Source of the DNA: an uncultured Nitrospinaceae bacterium
GTDB lineage: Bacteria; UBA8248
DNA: 64,000 nt
Direction of reading: 5' to 3'
Assembly (NCBI GenBank): GCA_964005815.1
Contig: CAXFSR010000060.1
Location: 1,257-65,256 of the forward strand
The position numbers and the translations under genes are program-made. Below, piece after piece: positions 60,434-64,000 of this stretch. Position 1 is the first letter of the stretch, and the number at the start of each line of letters is the position of its first letter. The notes under the pieces are model-generated. The model did no database searches, was not told where the DNA came from, and saw nothing but the letters and a program-made list of their open reading frames with translations.

Positions 60434-61662
60434 TTTTTACACGAAGAAATGTTTAGTTTCTTAGCTCCTATCTCTAACGCATTCAAAAGATTGTCAATAT
60501 GTTCTTTTTTATGGGTAGCCATTAAACTAATTCTAATTCTACTCGTACCTTCGCGAACTGTAGGAGGTCTAATAGCTAAAGAAAAAATTCCTGCTTTCAT
60601 TAAAAAATCTGATAATCGTAAAGTTTTTAATGTATCTCCGATTACAAGAGGAAAAATAGGAATTTCTTTACATTTTTTTTCACTAACAGGAATTCCTATT
60701 TTAGTAAGTCCATCCGACAAGTAATGACTCAAATCTGAAAGTTTTTTCCTTCTTCTTTCGCCTTCATTCCCTTGAACTAGACGGATTGATTTAAGAGCAC
60801 TTCCAACGGCTGAAGGTGGAAGGCTAGTCGAATAAATAAATGATTTCGCTTTATTAGTTAGATATTGAATTACATCACTTTTTGAAGAAACAAAAGCTCC
60901 ATAAGATGCAAGCGATTTTCCAAGAGTCCCCATACTGATATCTACTTCTTCTTCAACTTTGAAAAGAGAAGCGGCCCCCCTTCCTTTTTTCCCTAAAACT
61001 CCAGTTGCATGCGCCTCATCAACAACTAATAAAGCATTAAATTTTTGTGCAAGATCAACTATTTCATCCAAAGGAGCGAGGTCACCGTCCATACTAAAAA
61101 CACCATCTACGACAATCAAACGTTTACTTTTTCTGCTAGTTTCTTTTAAATATTTTGAAAGTATAGAAAGATTATTATGTGGAAAAATCTTTACTTTTGC
61201 AGCACTTAATCTACATCCCTCTATTATACTCGCATGGTTAAGCTCATCACTAAAGACAACATCTCCCTTGCCCATCAAAGAAGAAATTATTCCTATATTC
61301 GCTAGAAATCCTGAACCAAAGAGAATCGTTTGATCTTTTTCTTTCCAAGAAGAAATAAGTTTACATAAAGATTCATGAATTTGCATAAATCCAGACAATA
61401 AAGGACTTGCTACAGAACTGTTCCCAAATTTTTTCGAGGCTAGAATAGCTGAGCGAATCACTTCTGGATGATCTGCTAATCCTAAATAATTATTGGACGA
61501 CATCATTATTATTTCTTTTCCATTAAATTTCATGATTGGAGATTGAGAACCATGAACTTTTCTTAATGAACGAAAAAGATCATTTTCTTTCATTAATGAA
61601 ATATCCGTACCAATGAAATCAGACCATTTTTTTTTATCAACTTTGTGATTAATAGGTTTCAT
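60430..61662 (-). CDS. class-II aminotransferase, alpha-oxoamine synthase family (BioF/Kbl/SPT-like)
   Basis: 410 aa. SDELNHASIIEG and a GTLGKSLAS PLP-Lys motif. Confidence 0.75.
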   Translation of the reverse strand: MKPINHKVDKKKWSDFIGTDISLMKENDLFRSLRKVHGSQSPIMKFNGKEIIMMSSNNYLGLADHPEVIRSAILASKKFGNSSVASPLLSGFMQIHESLCKLISSWKEKDQTILFGSGFLANIGIISSLMGKGDVVFSDELNHASIIEGCRLSAAKVKIFPHNNLSILSKYLKETSRKSKRLIVVDGVFSMDGDLAPLDEIVDLAQKFNALLVVDEAHATGVLGKKGRGAASLFKVEEEVDISMGTLGKSLASYGAFVSSKSDVIQYLTNKAKSFIYSTSLPPSAVGSALKSIRLVQGNEGERRRKKLSDLSHYLSDGLTKIGIPVSEKKCKEIPIFPLVIGDTLKTLRLSDFLMKAGIFSLAIRPPTVREGTSRIRISLMATHKKEHIDNLLNALEIGAKKLNISSCKN

Positions 61663-61720
61663 AATAGAATTTCTTAGTAAAAATTAAATACATAAAAAAA
61701 GCTACATAAATGGGCCTATC

Positions 61721-62098
61721 GTGAATATTATCATACTAGTTGCATTTGGAGGCGCTTTAGGAAGTCTCATACGCTACTTTACAGAGTTGGCTTGTAAAAG
61801 ATTGTCTTTTTTTTCGGTACCAATTGGAACAATAGTAGTGAATATTATTGGTTCTTTCTTGATTGGTTACACCCTTCAATTTCTTCTATCTAGAAATATA
61901 GCGACAGAAGAATACAAACGTTTAATAATGACTGGTTTTCTAGGAGGATTAACTACTTTTTCTTCTTTCAGCCTAGAAATTCTACAAATGTTACAAGAGG
62001 GGAAATTATTTCTCGCGGTTACTTATGTGGTTCTATCAATTTCTATAGGGCTACTCGCTGTTTGGTTTGGTATATCAATTGCTTCGAATTCTAGCTAA
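61721..62098 (+). CDS. crcB: fluoride ion channel CrcB/FluC
   Basis: 125 aa, 4 TM. GFLGGLTTFSSF signature. Confidence 0.85.
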   Translation: MNIIILVAFGGALGSLIRYFTELACKRLSFFSVPIGTIVVNIIGSFLIGYTLQFLLSRNIATEEYKRLIMTGFLGGLTTFSSFSLEILQMLQEGKLFLAVTYVVLSISIGLLAVWFGISIASNSS

Positions 62099-62103
62099 AT
62101 ACT

Positions 62104-62889
62104 TTAGACTCCTCTTAGTTCTCCACCGTCAACCTGAATATTCGTTCCAGTAATAAAACTTGCTCTTTCGCTGGCGAGAAATGCAACAGCAGCTGCAAAT
62201 TCTTCTGGTTTTCCAAGACGACCTATTTTAATATCTTTAATTACTTCAGAGTAGATTTCATCCGTAGATTTTCCAGTTTCCAACGACATTGCTTCAATCC
62301 TATCTTGCCAATGTGTATCAAAGCGTCCAGGACTTATCATATTCACAAGAATACCATCAAGAACAAATTCATTTGCGATAGATTTCATAAAATTCAAGAG
62401 CGTAGATTTTGTAACATTCGCAACACTCCTTTTTTCCCTTGGTTGTTTGATACTAGTCGAACCCGTAAAAATAATTCGACCCCATTTTTGTCTTTGCATG
62501 TGAGGAATAACTTCTTTACATAGTTGTACGCCAGCATAAAGATTAAGATCCATCAATTCTTTCCAGTCATTAATTTCAAGATCCAGGAAATTCTTTGTCA
62601 AACTAATTCCAGCATTACTAAGCAATATATGAACGGCCCCAAAGTGATCTACCACCTCTTTGACTATCTTTTTATTATCGGAAAAAGAGGAAACATCAGC
62701 TTGAATTGTCAAAACTTTAGAATTTGCAATTTGTTCAATATCTTTTTTTGCACTCAAAAGTCTTTCTGGATTTCTGGCACAAATAACTACATGACAACCC
62801 TCTTTTGCCAATTCACATGCCGATGCTAGACCAAGACCAGCACTACCACCAGTTATAATCGCAATTTTGCCCCTAAGACCTAATTCCAA
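62104..62889 (-). CDS. SDR-family oxidoreductase
   Basis: IAIITGGSAGLG cofactor motif. The NAG and YxxxK catalytic motifs are present. Confidence 0.8.
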   Translation of the reverse strand: MELGLRGKIAIITGGSAGLGLASACELAKEGCHVVICARNPERLLSAKKDIEQIANSKVLTIQADVSSFSDNKKIVKEVVDHFGAVHILLSNAGISLTKNFLDLEINDWKELMDLNLYAGVQLCKEVIPHMQRQKWGRIIFTGSTSIKQPREKRSVANVTKSTLLNFMKSIANEFVLDGILVNMISPGRFDTHWQDRIEAMSLETGKSTDEIYSEVIKDIKIGRLGKPEEFAAAVAFLASERASFITGTNIQVDGGELRGV

Positions 62890-63008
62890 ATCTCACCTCT
62901 TGTTATTTTTTAGTGAAATTATTTGATGGACATATTAAAACTCGTTTAGGATAAATTGCAATATTTGATTTTTCCACAATTTACCAAACCATTTAAAAAG
63001 GACTCATA

Positions 63009-63293
63009 ATGCCAGACAAATCAGATTTTCGTAAATTTTATCGCGATGCACACAGTTCTGATCTACTAACAGAAAGAGAAAGAATTCTAATAGGTCTCTC
63101 GGTAGCCATCTCGAGAAATTGCCAACCCTGAGTAAACCATCGTCTAGCAGATGCTAGAAAAAAAGAAATATCAGAGGAAACCTTAGATTCTACTTTCAAC
63201 GTGGTCTCTGCCGTAATAGGTGGAATAGCTCAAAGCATGAACCAAAGATTCAAGGCATCTCAAAAAACGACTGAAGAAAAAAAACCTACCTAA
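63009..63293 (+). CDS. AhpD-like (carboxymuconolactone decarboxylase core) selenoprotein; TGA at 63129-63131 read as Sec
   Basis: Not in the ORF track. ATG 63009 ... ERILIGLSVAISRNCQP-TGA-VNHRLADARKKEISEETLDSTFNVVSAVIGGIA ... TAA 63293. The TGA falls exactly where the AhpD-core CxxC(x)2H motif has its second Cys, giving CQPU-VNH. The frame stays open for 53 more codons, and a hairpin follows 11 nt downstream. selA and selB are present in the same window. Confidence 0.7.
63143..63158 (+). promoter_or_regulatory. putative bacterial SECIS upper stem-loop
   Basis: TCTAGC-AGAT-GCTAGA. A 6-bp stem with a G/U-containing apical loop, starting 11 nt 3' of the in-frame TGA. Confidence 0.4.
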
Positions 63294-63891
63294 CACCAGA
63301 TGGTTTAGGACGTTTTTTTCTATCAGAAATAGCTTTTTTTACTTGGGCAGAACTTTTTCCTTCCAGTTCTATCCCGAATACTTCACCTACACGTGTATGC
63401 TTATCCATCAGTCTCATGAAATCGATACCATCAATCTCGGCTATTACCATCTCGCAAGTACTAAAAATCTCACACCCTTCAACAAGGTGACCACCAAAAC
63501 AGGTTGCCTCAGGCCTTCCCATTGAAATAGTTACATGTGCATGTAAATATGGTTCTCCATTTTCCGTCTGAGTAATGTTTCCACTCATTTGTAAAAGTTC
63601 TAAAGGTCCATTGATAGGAGTAAAAATTCTACATTCATCATTAATAGGGAATGGTTCTGGGAATTTCCACACATTTCTCAATGTAGCTTTTCTAAGACTA
63701 GCCGCTACACTCAAGATCACCCCTGATTTTAATTTTTTTTCTTTACATATCTTTACTGTAGTTCCGAACAAATCATCACCTGGTGCCATTCTCACTGTGA
63801 GCACTCTGCCGATTTTTCCCTCAGCAACATCATATCTCGGTTTTCGGGTTTTCCAATTGGTTTTATCAAATAACATTTCTTTTTTTGGCAT
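63286..63891 (-). CDS. PPC-domain (DUF296) protein
   Basis: 201 aa. PYLHAHVTISMGRPEATCFGGHLVEGCEIFSTCEMVI matches the PPC/DUF296 core. N-terminal basic extension. Confidence 0.6.
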   Translation of the reverse strand: MPKKEMLFDKTNWKTRKPRYDVAEGKIGRVLTVRMAPGDDLFGTTVKICKEKKLKSGVILSVAASLRKATLRNVWKFPEPFPINDECRIFTPINGPLELLQMSGNITQTENGEPYLHAHVTISMGRPEATCFGGHLVEGCEIFSTCEMVIAEIDGIDFMRLMDKHTRVGEVFGIELEGKSSAQVKKAISDRKKRPKPSGVR

Positions 63892-64000
63892 TAGAAAAAA
63901 TTCTCCTCTCTGGACTAACTAGGCCCATCAATTAATTGAATGTAAAATTCTTCTCTATTCAAACCTATTCATGTTTTTTTTTCAAATCGTATTATTCCGT

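Noticed and set aside
61663-61720. Fluoride riboswitch upstream of crcB
   Set aside because: The 58-nt leader is AT-rich and shows no pseudoknotted GG...CC / AUGAC-type conserved core. None is called.
62999-63131. Treating 63009-63131 as a stand-alone 40-aa ORF ending at TGA
   Set aside because: The 40 codons stop in the middle of a recognisable AhpD-core domain. The domain continues in frame for 53 more codons with a SECIS-like hairpin at the right distance. Sec readthrough is the more parsimonious reading.

Overview
This is an AT-rich, compact bacterial chromosomal segment (roughly one-third GC by eye, with many overlapping or abutting genes). The tandem respiratory nuo operons and the clusters described below are distinctive, but nothing in the sequence assigns a taxon, so I name none. 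Main content, in order: (1) A selenocysteine-incorporation operon, selA / alpha-beta hydrolase / selB / SufS-like PLP enzyme, at 30-5227. (2) A copper-related neighbourhood at 5279-8530: a secreted cupredoxin-like protein, a chlorite-dismutase-family protein and a SCO1/SenC lipoprotein. (3) tRNA-Phe at 9773-9848, whose reverse-strand translation forms the spurious N-terminus of the tracked ORF 8532-9854. (4) Two complete respiratory NADH:quinone oxidoreductase (nuo) operons arranged head to tail on the minus strand, about 24 kb in all (11655-35964). The upstream one has 14 subunits (nuoA-N). The downstream one has 10 subunits and lacks nuoE, nuoF, nuoG and also nuoI. (5) A higher-GC nitrile-hydratase/thiocyanate-hydrolase-family metalloenzyme locus at 39718-42891. 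Its alpha/gamma-type subunit has a His-rich N-terminal tail, and a 93-aa ORF encodes only the C-terminal half of a beta subunit. Three amidohydrolase-2 paralogues, a NifU-like protein and an MFS transporter flank it. (6) An AhpD-like (carboxymuconolactone-decarboxylase core) selenoprotein gene at 63009-63293, not in the ORF track. It has an in-frame TGA inside the CxxC-equivalent motif and a hairpin 11 nt downstream that fits a bacterial SECIS. The remainder is housekeeping and metabolic genes (scpAB, pgsA, crcB, panE-like, CoA-transferases, racemase/enolase-superfamily enzymes, a pseudouridine synthase and others). I found no CRISPR array, rRNA, transposase or integrase.
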